The notes under the pieces: model-generated | Seen by the model: only the letters and a program-made list of their open reading frames with translations | Told to the model about the DNA's origin: nothing | Database searches by the model: none | In this document: in pieces, positions 56,884-64,000 of the stretch | Layout: every line of letters starts with the position of its first letter | Numbering within the stretch: the stretch's first letter is position 1 | Assembly (NCBI GenBank): GCA_025056655.1 | Contig: JANWVL010000110.1 | Coordinates: forward strand, 77,855 to 141,854 | Source: Candidatus Methylacidiphilales bacterium | GTDB lineage: Bacteria > Verrucomicrobiota > Verrucomicrobiia > Methylacidiphilales > JANWVL01 | Reading direction: 5' to 3' | Length of the DNA: 64,000 nt | Made by a program: the position numbers and the translations under genes

Positions 56884-57636
56884 ATGAAGCTTCTCATCTT
56901 GGCCGCTGGATATGCCACACGCCTCTATCCCCTTACACAAAACACCCCCAAACCCCTCCTCCCCGTAGGCGGCCAGCCCATGATCAACAACGTTATCGAG
57001 CGAGTGACCACCATTCCCGGGCTCAACGAAATCCTTATCGTTACCAACCACAAATTTACTCCTCATTTTCAAACTTGGGCTTCCAACTACACCATCATCC
57101 ATCCTCGTTATCGCATCACTATCATAGACGATGGCTCCACAGACGACTCCAATAAACTTGGAGCCATCGGCGATATTCACTTCGTTATTCGTCAAGGTCA
57201 CGTCGGGGATCAAGATTTAGTGGTTGTCGCAGGCGATAATCTCTTTACCGAATCGCTTAAAGGTTTTGGAGAATATTGCCAACAAATCCACGCCCCTGTC
57301 CTAGCCGTCTATGATGTCGGGAATCTCGAAGAAATAAAAAAATACAACTCGATCTCACTCGATACAGACGGCCGCATTACATTCTTCGAAGAAAAACCCA
57401 ACACCCCAACCACTACGCTTACCGGTATCGCTCTCTATTATTTTCCAAGACATATTGTCCCCCTTTTTGACACTTACATCCAAGAAGGGAACAACCCCGA
57501 TCAACCTGGACGATTTATCCAGTGGCTCTATCCTCGCACACCTGTCTACACGTGGCGTGTGCCAGGGAAGTGGTTCGATATCGGCAGTAAAGAAACCCTC
57601 GAAGAGGTGAATCGCTATTTTGCTCGCTACTATTAA
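56884..57636 (+). CDS. Sugar-phosphate nucleotidyltransferase (NTP_transferase family)
   Basis: 250 aa with the N-terminal signature MKLLILAAGYATRLYPLTQNTPKPLLPVGGQPMI. Sugar specificity is not assignable from the sequence alone. Confidence 0.75.
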   Translation: MKLLILAAGYATRLYPLTQNTPKPLLPVGGQPMINNVIERVTTIPGLNEILIVTNHKFTPHFQTWASNYTIIHPRYRITIIDDGSTDDSNKLGAIGDIHFVIRQGHVGDQDLVVVAGDNLFTESLKGFGEYCQQIHAPVLAVYDVGNLEEIKKYNSISLDTDGRITFFEEKPNTPTTTLTGIALYYFPRHIVPLFDTYIQEGNNPDQPGRFIQWLYPRTPVYTWRVPGKWFDIGSKETLEEVNRYFARYY

Positions 57637-57680
57637 CAAACGTTACTCTGTTTGCTTATCTCATCCAAGCTCTTACTCTC

Positions 57681-58796
57681 TCAAGCCACGATATACCGGC
57701 GCACGCGCTTGCTAATTCCCGTCAATACTTCCCACGGAATCACCCCCGTGCGCTCTGCGAGCTCGCGAACGCTTATCTCTTCAGAGCCACACTTTCCTAC
57801 AAGTGTCACCTCTTCACCTGTTTGGATGCTCTCTCCCCTCATATAAATGGAACTTAAGTCCACCATCACTGCATCCATCGTTACACGCCCTAAAATAGGA
57901 CAACGCCGTCCTTTAACCAAGATCTCCCCATTGTTTGAGAGCTTACGCGGATAACCATCCGCATATCCTACACTCACAACTCCCACCCAGGCATCTTCCT
58001 TTAGACGATAAGTTGCACCGTAGCTGATAGTCATTCCCGCGCGCATGTGCCTCACGAGTGAAACACGACTCTTCCACGTTAGCACAGGCCGTAGTTTCTC
58101 TTGATTCTGAATCAAGGGAGAGACGCCATACACCATCAAGCCAGGGCGGACAGCATCCCCATAAAGGCTCGGGAATCGCATCAATCCAGCGCTATTCGCT
58201 AAATGCCAAGGTCTTTGTGGAAGCTCTCTTAAGATGCCTCTGAAACGCTCTTCTTGAATTAAAGTCATCTTCTCATCCTCTTCGTCTGCACATGCTAGAT
58301 GGCTATAGTAAGCTTCCACAACTAGCCACCTCGAAGAACGCAATATGCGCTCCCTCACAGCTGTAGTTCTGTCAGCGAAAAAACCTAAACGTCCCATCCC
58401 TGTGTCGAATTTCACATGCGCCCTAGCCTTTATTCCTACCCTTTCTGCTTTGTGTTCCAACGTTTCCCATTCTTCAAAACTTGAAAGCGTAAAAATCAAT
58501 CCAGCTTTAATACCTTCTTCCATCTCCTCCGGTAACGCTGCCCCGAGTAGCAGAATTGAAGCGCTCAGGCCTGCTTCTCTTAATTCTAAGCCTTCCCGCA
58601 CATTCGCTACACCCAACATTTCAACCCCATTATCTACTAAACAACGTGCCACCTCCACAGCTCCATGTCCGTAAGCATCCGCTTTGACGACCGCGATGAT
58701 CTTCCGATCTTTTCCAATCTGTTTTCGAATAAATTGCACGTTGTGCTGCAGTGCAGTTAACGAAATTTCCGCCCACGAACGATCGCATCCTTTCAT
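57681..58796 (-). CDS. alr: Alanine racemase
   Basis: 371 aa with the PLP-lysine motif AVVKADAYGHGA and a typical C-terminal beta-domain. Confidence 0.9.
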   Translation of the reverse strand: MKGCDRSWAEISLTALQHNVQFIRKQIGKDRKIIAVVKADAYGHGAVEVARCLVDNGVEMLGVANVREGLELREAGLSASILLLGAALPEEMEEGIKAGLIFTLSSFEEWETLEHKAERVGIKARAHVKFDTGMGRLGFFADRTTAVRERILRSSRWLVVEAYYSHLACADEEDEKMTLIQEERFRGILRELPQRPWHLANSAGLMRFPSLYGDAVRPGLMVYGVSPLIQNQEKLRPVLTWKSRVSLVRHMRAGMTISYGATYRLKEDAWVGVVSVGYADGYPRKLSNNGEILVKGRRCPILGRVTMDAVMVDLSSIYMRGESIQTGEEVTLVGKCGSEEISVRELAERTGVIPWEVLTGISKRVRRYIVA

Positions 58797-59383
58797 GACA
58801 TCTTCTCGATCGGTAAATAAAAAGGTTCCAGACGTTCACGCTGCCAGTCTTGAAAATTAGGATCATCATAAAGATCTAGATAATCTTCGGCTCTAGGAAA
58901 AATTCGTTCCAACCGCTCATCTCTCCAATCTGCCGTAGCAGCAAGCGTGCCCTTTGAGAGACAGTTATCCAATTCTTCGCTTCTGACCATATAAGTTGCC
59001 CGATACAGCTTCCCCCGCTCATATTCCGTCACATACACACAACCCCTTCGAGCATCAGTTACTAAAATTAAGCGCGTCACATGACGCATCTGTCGTCCTT
59101 GGGAATAATGGCTCCATACCCCCCACACCTCGCATCCCTTTACTAAAGCCAATCCGTAAGCCATCGCTAAACCCACACGTATACTGGTAAAAGATCCAGG
59201 CCCGAGGCCAATCAAGATCTTGTCTAATGCGATGGATTCAAGCTCAAGACGGATTAACGCTCGGGTGAGGGATTCTGAATGACGCTGCGGAGAGAAGAAA
59301 CGCTCGACCTTTCTCATTTCTTTCCCCCTTGCAAGGGCCACGGATCCATAAGCGGAGGAAGTTTCAATCGCCAAAACATTCAT
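58793..59383 (-). CDS. tsaB: tRNA t6A biosynthesis protein TsaB (YeaZ)
   Basis: 196 aa with the N-terminus MNVLAIETSSAYGSVAL and GPGSFTSIRVG. It is adjacent to tsaE and overlaps the alr start by 4 nt. Confidence 0.8.
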   Translation of the reverse strand: MNVLAIETSSAYGSVALARGKEMRKVERFFSPQRHSESLTRALIRLELESIALDKILIGLGPGSFTSIRVGLAMAYGLALVKGCEVWGVWSHYSQGRQMRHVTRLILVTDARRGCVYVTEYERGKLYRATYMVRSEELDNCLSKGTLAATADWRDERLERIFPRAEDYLDLYDDPNFQDWQRERLEPFYLPIEKMS

Positions 59384-59401
59384 GCAGACCTTTGCTTATT
59401 T

Positions 59402-59824
59402 TTATATCGTCTCCCACGCGTAACTCCGCGCCTGCCCATAAAACGCAATTCGCATCTCCACCGTCTTCCCTTTTGGCATACCTCGTGGATGACGCTCAGG
59501 CCATTCTACGAGTGCTAGATCAGCCTCAGCGAGCATCTCATCAAAAAAACGCCAAAACGAAAAATCATCAGGTTCGATACGATACAAATCAAAATGATCC
59601 ACACGCCTTGCTCCCCCTTCGTATGTGTGATGCAAAGTAAAGGTCGGACTTGTCACCTCTCCTTTGTAGCCCAGCGCATCCATCAAAGCCTGACACAGAG
59701 TCGTCTTGCCCACGCCTAAATCTCCTCGAACCGCGAGAACGGAATAATCACGCAGATTGTCCACCCAGCTTCGCATCCAAGTCTCCAGCGCATCTTTACC
59801 CTGTATGACAATTTCGCCTTTCAT
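59402..59824 (-). CDS. tsaE: tRNA t6A biosynthesis ATPase TsaE (YjeE)
   Basis: 140 aa with the P-loop RGDLGVGKTTL and the SPTFTL..Y....H.DLYR motif. Confidence 0.85.
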   Translation of the reverse strand: MKGEIVIQGKDALETWMRSWVDNLRDYSVLAVRGDLGVGKTTLCQALMDALGYKGEVTSPTFTLHHTYEGGARRVDHFDLYRIEPDDFSFWRFFDEMLAEADLALVEWPERHPRGMPKGKTVEMRIAFYGQARSYAWETI

Positions 59825-59836
59825 TTATTTTTTAAC

Positions 59837-60733
59837 TCAATCGCCTCTTAGATGATCATACCCTTTCCAAGGCCATTCTCTGAGTGTCTCGCTTACGCGT
59901 CCACGCATTTCTCCAATGCAACTAAGCGGTGTTGAAAAAGGCCATTTTCGTTCCAAGCTTTTCGCCTTACTCTTCGGCACTGTAAATAGCAACTCATAAT
60001 CTTCCCCTGTCTCCATTGCCTCATGAAGACTCACTCCAGGAAATCGAGGGATTCTTTTTTCATCTAATCTAACCCCCACATTCGAAGCCAATACCAGCCT
60101 GATCAAATCTATCCCTAAACCATCGCTGATATCCATCATCGCTGTGGGATAACCGTGTCGCGCTAGCCACTGTCCTTCTGCAAGTCGAGGTGAAAAAGTC
60201 AAATGCCGCCGAGGCATGGCGCCGCCGAGCCTACCCGTCACGTAGACGTAATCGCCACTCTTCGCGCCAGCGCGGCCAATCACTCTCTGAGTCCATCCAA
60301 GAGCTGCAACAGATAAGACCAGCTGCCGAGTGGTCACGGTCTCTCCTCCGACAAGCAAAAGTTTCACCTTGTCAGCCATAGCTTGCATTCCCGCATAGAC
60401 AGCCTTAAGGCGGCTAGTGCTAATTCCACGGGGACGTCCTAAGGTCACTACAGCCACCCACGGTCGGCCTCCCATCGCAGCGATGTCGCTTAAGACGCGC
60501 GCTATCGCTTTGCGACCGACTAGCCTAGGAGATGTCGAGGATTCAAAATGCACATCTTCAACGATTGCGTCGGTCTTAAAAAGAAGATAACGTGACCGGC
60601 CGCTGCTAGTTACACTGAGGACGGCACAGTCATCTCCTACACCTTTTACTATGCTTGCATCTTGCTGCCAATAGCGGGTAAGAGTGGCAATCAACGAGAT
60701 TTCGCTCAAGCCTGTATCCCGATAAGACTTCAT
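59837..60733 (-). CDS. thiL: Thiamine-monophosphate kinase
   Basis: 298 aa with GDDCAVL, an AIR-synthase-like fold pattern, and DISDGL. Confidence 0.85.
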   Translation of the reverse strand: MKSYRDTGLSEISLIATLTRYWQQDASIVKGVGDDCAVLSVTSSGRSRYLLFKTDAIVEDVHFESSTSPRLVGRKAIARVLSDIAAMGGRPWVAVVTLGRPRGISTSRLKAVYAGMQAMADKVKLLLVGGETVTTRQLVLSVAALGWTQRVIGRAGAKSGDYVYVTGRLGGAMPRRHLTFSPRLAEGQWLARHGYPTAMMDISDGLGIDLIRLVLASNVGVRLDEKRIPRFPGVSLHEAMETGEDYELLFTVPKSKAKSLERKWPFSTPLSCIGEMRGRVSETLREWPWKGYDHLRGD

Positions 60734-60769
60734 TTGTCTCTCACGTTAAGACGGCTATTTTCAAAATCA

Positions 60770-61225
60770 ATGACAGCCCAACGGAAAACAGTATCTGATC
60801 TATCCACATGCCTTACAGAGCCATGCTGGCTTGTGAAACAAGAACCCTCCGCTTACAGCTTTTCGCAATTTCTCGAAGAAAAGACAACGGCTTGGACAGG
60901 AGTTCGCAATCCACAGGCGCGTAAAAATCTTCGCGCAATGCGCAAAGGCGATTTTGTTTTTTATTATCACACAGGGAATGAGAAAGCGATTGTGGGTGCA
61001 GCTAAAGTTAAAAAAGAAGCATATCCAGATCCTACTGATACAAGCTGGGACTGTGTCGATCTGGAAGCGATCGGTTTTTTACCACGGCCTCTCCCCCTCG
61101 CTGAAATAAAGTCTGATCCCCGTCTTCAAGATCTTCCGCTCGTCCGCCAAGCACGCCTTTCGGTGATGCCTATTCCTAAAGACCAAGCGGAATATATTCT
61201 CCGGCGTTGTAGGGGAAACTCATGA
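60770..61225 (+). CDS. EVE (PUA-like) domain protein
   Basis: WLVKQEPSAYSFSQFLEEKTTAWTGVRNPQARKNLRAMRKGDFVFYYHTGNEKAIVGAAKV matches the EVE/DUF55 family. The likely start is MTAQRK (60770), not the ORF-track 60662, which overlaps thiL. Confidence 0.8.
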   Translation: MTAQRKTVSDLSTCLTEPCWLVKQEPSAYSFSQFLEEKTTAWTGVRNPQARKNLRAMRKGDFVFYYHTGNEKAIVGAAKVKKEAYPDPTDTSWDCVDLEAIGFLPRPLPLAEIKSDPRLQDLPLVRQARLSVMPIPKDQAEYILRRCRGNS

Positions 61226-61247
61226 AGCAGAACAGCCTGTCGAAGCT

Positions 61248-61919
61248 CTAAAAAAACACTTCTGAAACAATCGGACGATGCTCTTCGTCTTGAAGTCTGC
61301 CTTCACGAGTCCATCGAAAAGTAATGACACCTGTCTTTTTTTGAATCCAAGCGGCATGCCAATCTTCATAAAACGCGCCATGAGAGAAAAAATCATTTAA
61401 GACTACCGCTTTCACTTCCAACCCATCGGATAAAATGCGCTCCACCGTCAACAACGTATGGTTGATTGTGCCCAAGCTATTCCTTGCGACTACAATCACT
61501 GGGAAGCCTAGCATTTTAGCCCATTGAGATATATCCATATCTTCGGACAACGGCACGCGCCATCCTCCTGCCCCCTCGACCACACCGCAGTCGAACTGCT
61601 GCAAAGTCATGCACACGATGCTGTGCAGCTCTTCAAAATCAATTTTTTTAGTCTGCACGCCTAGTGATAGAGCACGATGCTGCTCTGCAAAATAAGGGGC
61701 GGCAGGCTCGTTCCAAAAGAAAGGGTTTATCTCATCCAGAGAAAGCGAGCTTTCAGAAGCTGATTGGAGAATCTGAGCATCTTCGCGATCCCCTGTAGCA
61801 AACGGCTTCAATCCGACAACACGACGACCTTGTTTTCGCCACGTCTGTAACAACCATGCACAAAAAGCAGTCTTGCCTACGCCTGTATCTGTTCCCGTAA
61901 CAAAATAATAATGACGCAT
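61248..61919 (-). CDS. bioD: Dethiobiotin synthase
   Basis: 223 aa with the N-terminal P-loop YFVTGTDTGVGKT and EGAGG. Confidence 0.85.
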   Translation of the reverse strand: MRHYYFVTGTDTGVGKTAFCAWLLQTWRKQGRRVVGLKPFATGDREDAQILQSASESSLSLDEINPFFWNEPAAPYFAEQHRALSLGVQTKKIDFEELHSIVCMTLQQFDCGVVEGAGGWRVPLSEDMDISQWAKMLGFPVIVVARNSLGTINHTLLTVERILSDGLEVKAVVLNDFFSHGAFYEDWHAAWIQKKTGVITFRWTREGRLQDEEHRPIVSEVFF

Positions 61920-61993
61920 CTCCGTTATCTAAGCCGACTCCTTCATTGAAAGGCAACGTCGAGTTTGCTACCAAAGGGAGTTCACTGTGCTCC

Positions 61994-63154
61994 ATGAGAA
62001 TTGTTGTCTGTGGCCTCTTAGCTCAATATCCATTTGGAGGGGTTATTTGGGATTACATTCAATACGTGCTTGGATTTCGAGCTTTAGGGCATGAGGTCTG
62101 GTATCTCGAGGATACAGGATGCTGGCCATATCATCCAATCGAGCAGACTTATACAGAAGATGCTTCGCATAATATCGCGGCTTTGCGACAGATCATGGAT
62201 GAATTCGGGTTAAGCGATCGCTGGATCTATCGAAACGGTGCTACAGGAGAAATCACCTCTACAGCATCTTTGAGCTTGGCAGCCCTGATTGAGGAAAGCG
62301 ATTTAGTTGTAAACGTCTCAGGTGCCGCTTTGCTTCAAGGGTTAAGAAAAGGAAAGAGCCATTGGATGTATCTCGACGGTGACCCGATGTTTACACAGAT
62401 TCGGTTGGTAGATGAAAAAGAGGCCTTTCAGCGGAAGCGACTTTCTGAATATGACTCTCATTTTACATTCGGTTTAAACATCGGATCTGAAGATTGTATC
62501 GTCCCGACGGGTGGTTTTCTCTGGCGAAAAACAGTTCAGCCGATTTCCTTGGAGCATTGGCCTGTGGTAACACAAGCGCCTGCACTCCCTTGGACGACCG
62601 TCATGAATTGGAATAGCTATGCCTCAACTGTGTGGCAGGGCGAGCGATATGGACAAAAAGATTTCGAATTTATGCGGTTTAAGGAGCTACCACAAAAAAC
62701 TACTGCCCGGTTTACTATTGCGATGGGACAAGGGCCGGGACGAAAACGTCCTACGGCAGAGTTGTTGAATCTAGGCTGGCAAATTGTCGAGCCAGATCAG
62801 GTCGTCCCAGATCATCATACTTACCGCGATTTTATCCTTCGCTCTTACGGTGAATGGAGCGTGGCGAAGGAGGGTTATGTAAAATCACGCAGTGGGTGGT
62901 TTAGTTGTCGCACGGCTTGCTACTTAGCTGCAGGACGTCCTGCGATCGTCCAAGATACTGGCTGGAGCCGCTATTTACCAACAGGTCACGGGCTCTTTGC
63001 TTTCGATGGTATGGAGGATATTCTTCATGCCTTAAAAGAGGTAGAGAGCAATTATGAAGAGCATTGCCTTGCAGCGCGGCAGCTAGCTGAAGAGCATTTT
63101 GAGGCAACAAAGGTGTGCAACGATTTATTAAGACAAATTGGCCTAGATCAATAA
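61994..63154 (+). CDS. Putative glycosyltransferase (GT-B-like, CgeB-type C-terminal domain)
   Basis: MRIVVCGLLAQYPFGGVIWDYIQYVLGFRALGHEVWYLED plus the C-terminal ..SCRTACYLAAGRPAIVQDTG resemble an uncharacterised GT-like family I recall only loosely. It is followed 9 nt later by an SDR epimerase gene. Confidence 0.4.
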   Translation: MRIVVCGLLAQYPFGGVIWDYIQYVLGFRALGHEVWYLEDTGCWPYHPIEQTYTEDASHNIAALRQIMDEFGLSDRWIYRNGATGEITSTASLSLAALIEESDLVVNVSGAALLQGLRKGKSHWMYLDGDPMFTQIRLVDEKEAFQRKRLSEYDSHFTFGLNIGSEDCIVPTGGFLWRKTVQPISLEHWPVVTQAPALPWTTVMNWNSYASTVWQGERYGQKDFEFMRFKELPQKTTARFTIAMGQGPGRKRPTAELLNLGWQIVEPDQVVPDHHTYRDFILRSYGEWSVAKEGYVKSRSGWFSCRTACYLAAGRPAIVQDTGWSRYLPTGHGLFAFDGMEDILHALKEVESNYEEHCLAARQLAEEHFEATKVCNDLLRQIGLDQ

Positions 63155-63163
63155 ACGACGCTG

Positions 63164-64000
63164 ATGCAAAAGTCCCTTTCTGTTTTGATGACCGGGGCTA
63201 CTGGATTTTTAGGGAGTCAGGTAGCACGGCGACTTCTGGAGCGTGGGCATCACTTGGTAGCGCTCTGTCGCCGTGCCTCTATTCTTCGGCGGTTGACGCA
63301 GCGTGAGATCGAAAAGATTCATTGGCTTCACATCGAGGAAAATGGAGTGCGCAGGGCATTTGAAACTCCTATTGATGTGGTCATTCACACTGCGACGAAC
63401 TACGGCTATCGGGGTTCTTCGATAAATGACATTTTGGAGGTTAACCTTTTGCTGCCTCTGCAGATCTTAGACTATGCGGCACAACACGGGGTGTCGCTTT
63501 TTATAAGCACTGACACGATGTTGACTAAATTTCTAAACGATTATGCTTTGACAAAGTCCCACCTCACCGATTGGGGGCGTCGGTTTGCGGATTTGGGGAA
63601 AATCGCATTTTGTAATTTGCGAATCGAGCACATGTATGGGGTCGGAGACAATCCAGAACGTTTTACTGAATACGTGATTCAGGCCTGCTTGAAGAACGTC
63701 CCGCATCTTGATTTAACGCTGGGAGAACAATATCGGGACTTTATCCATGTGAGCGACGTAGTAGAAGTCTACGATAGATTGCTGAGCGTTTTCTATGGTG
63801 CTCCGCCGCAGTTTTGTGAGTTTGAAGTAGGAACCGGGGTCGCAACTCGAGTGCGGGATTTTGTTGAAATGGTGCATCGGTTGACGGAGTCGCGCACAGA
63901 ACTTCGTTTTGGTGCCGTGCCTTATCGGTTGCATGAGATCATGTATGCGTGTGCGAATATCGAACCGCTCAAAGAATTTGGCTGGCAACCGAAAGTAAAG
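63164..64000 (+). CDS. NAD-dependent epimerase/dehydratase (extended SDR), 3' end beyond window
   Basis: Absent from the ORF track because it is open-ended. Hand translation from the ATG at 63164 gives MQKSLSVLMTTGATGFLGSQVARRLLERGHHLVAL... with the TGATGFLG Rossmann motif and YALTK (YxxxK). No stop codon occurs up to 64000. Confidence 0.75.
   Translation, partial: MQKSLSVLMTGATGFLGSQVARRLLERGHHLVALCRRASILRRLTQREIEKIHWLHIEENGVRRAFETPIDVVIHTATNYGYRGSSINDILEVNLLLPLQILDYAAQHGVSLFISTDTMLTKFLNDYALTKSHLTDWGRRFADLGKIAFCNLRIEHMYGVGDNPERFTEYVIQACLKNVPHLDLTLGEQYRDFIHVSDVVEVYDRLLSVFYGAPPQFCEFEVGTGVATRVRDFVEMVHRLTESRTELRFGAVPYRLHEIMYACANIEPLKEFGWQPKVK

Overview
The window is mostly ordinary chromosomal housekeeping DNA. 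I found no transposase, integrase, phage gene, CRISPR array or rRNA. I did not find a clearly novel, self-contained system, and the candidates below are hypotheses. The gene content looks like a PVC-type (Verrucomicrobia-like) bacterium: HprK/HPr/EI without an EII, long-form IspG, two sigma-54 activators, and Pro-rich protein tails. That taxonomic guess is inference only.

Genes in order:
- rng (partial), then the rod-shape operon mreB-mreC-mreD-mrdA-rodA.
- A BrnT/BrnA toxin-antitoxin pair coupled to an AI-2E permease and a MotB/OmpA-like gene.
- dinG, lptD, an FKBP isomerase and an NtrC-type regulator.
- A polysaccharide export locus: GT-C-like membrane protein, outer-membrane barrel, Wzc-like BY-kinase and Wza-like exporter.
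- DUF2851, htrA-like, pyc, guaA, nagA-like, hsp20, acpP-fabF, RNase P RNA and tRNA-Pro(CGG).
- An uncharacterised three-gene envelope operon, followed by a partial sugar ABC transporter.
- A tightly packed cluster of seven genes on the minus strand: cutA, unknown, rlmI, unknown, sigma-54 activator, rfbG, rfbH.
- ispG, sufB, hprK-ptsH-ptsI, a sugar nucleotidyltransferase, alr-tsaB-tsaE-thiL, an EVE-domain gene, bioD, a putative glycosyltransferase and a partial SDR epimerase.

The most unusual thing I can see directly is compositional. The window is a mosaic of blocks with strong, opposite G/C strand asymmetry that does not follow gene orientation. The polarity changes inside the mre operon and apparently inside pyc. 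The strongest block is at 36-52 kb. Likely consequences are Pro/Thr/His-rich protein tails, G8-G10 homopolymers inside genes, G-quadruplex motifs at gene 5' ends, and very long spurious alternative-frame ORFs.

Secondary leads:
- Two sigma-54-type promoters, one upstream of hsp20 and one upstream of the uncharacterised coiled-coil/OmpA-domain/IMPase-like operon.
- Two kinase-less sigma-54 activators.
- An unannotated small Cys-containing ORF.
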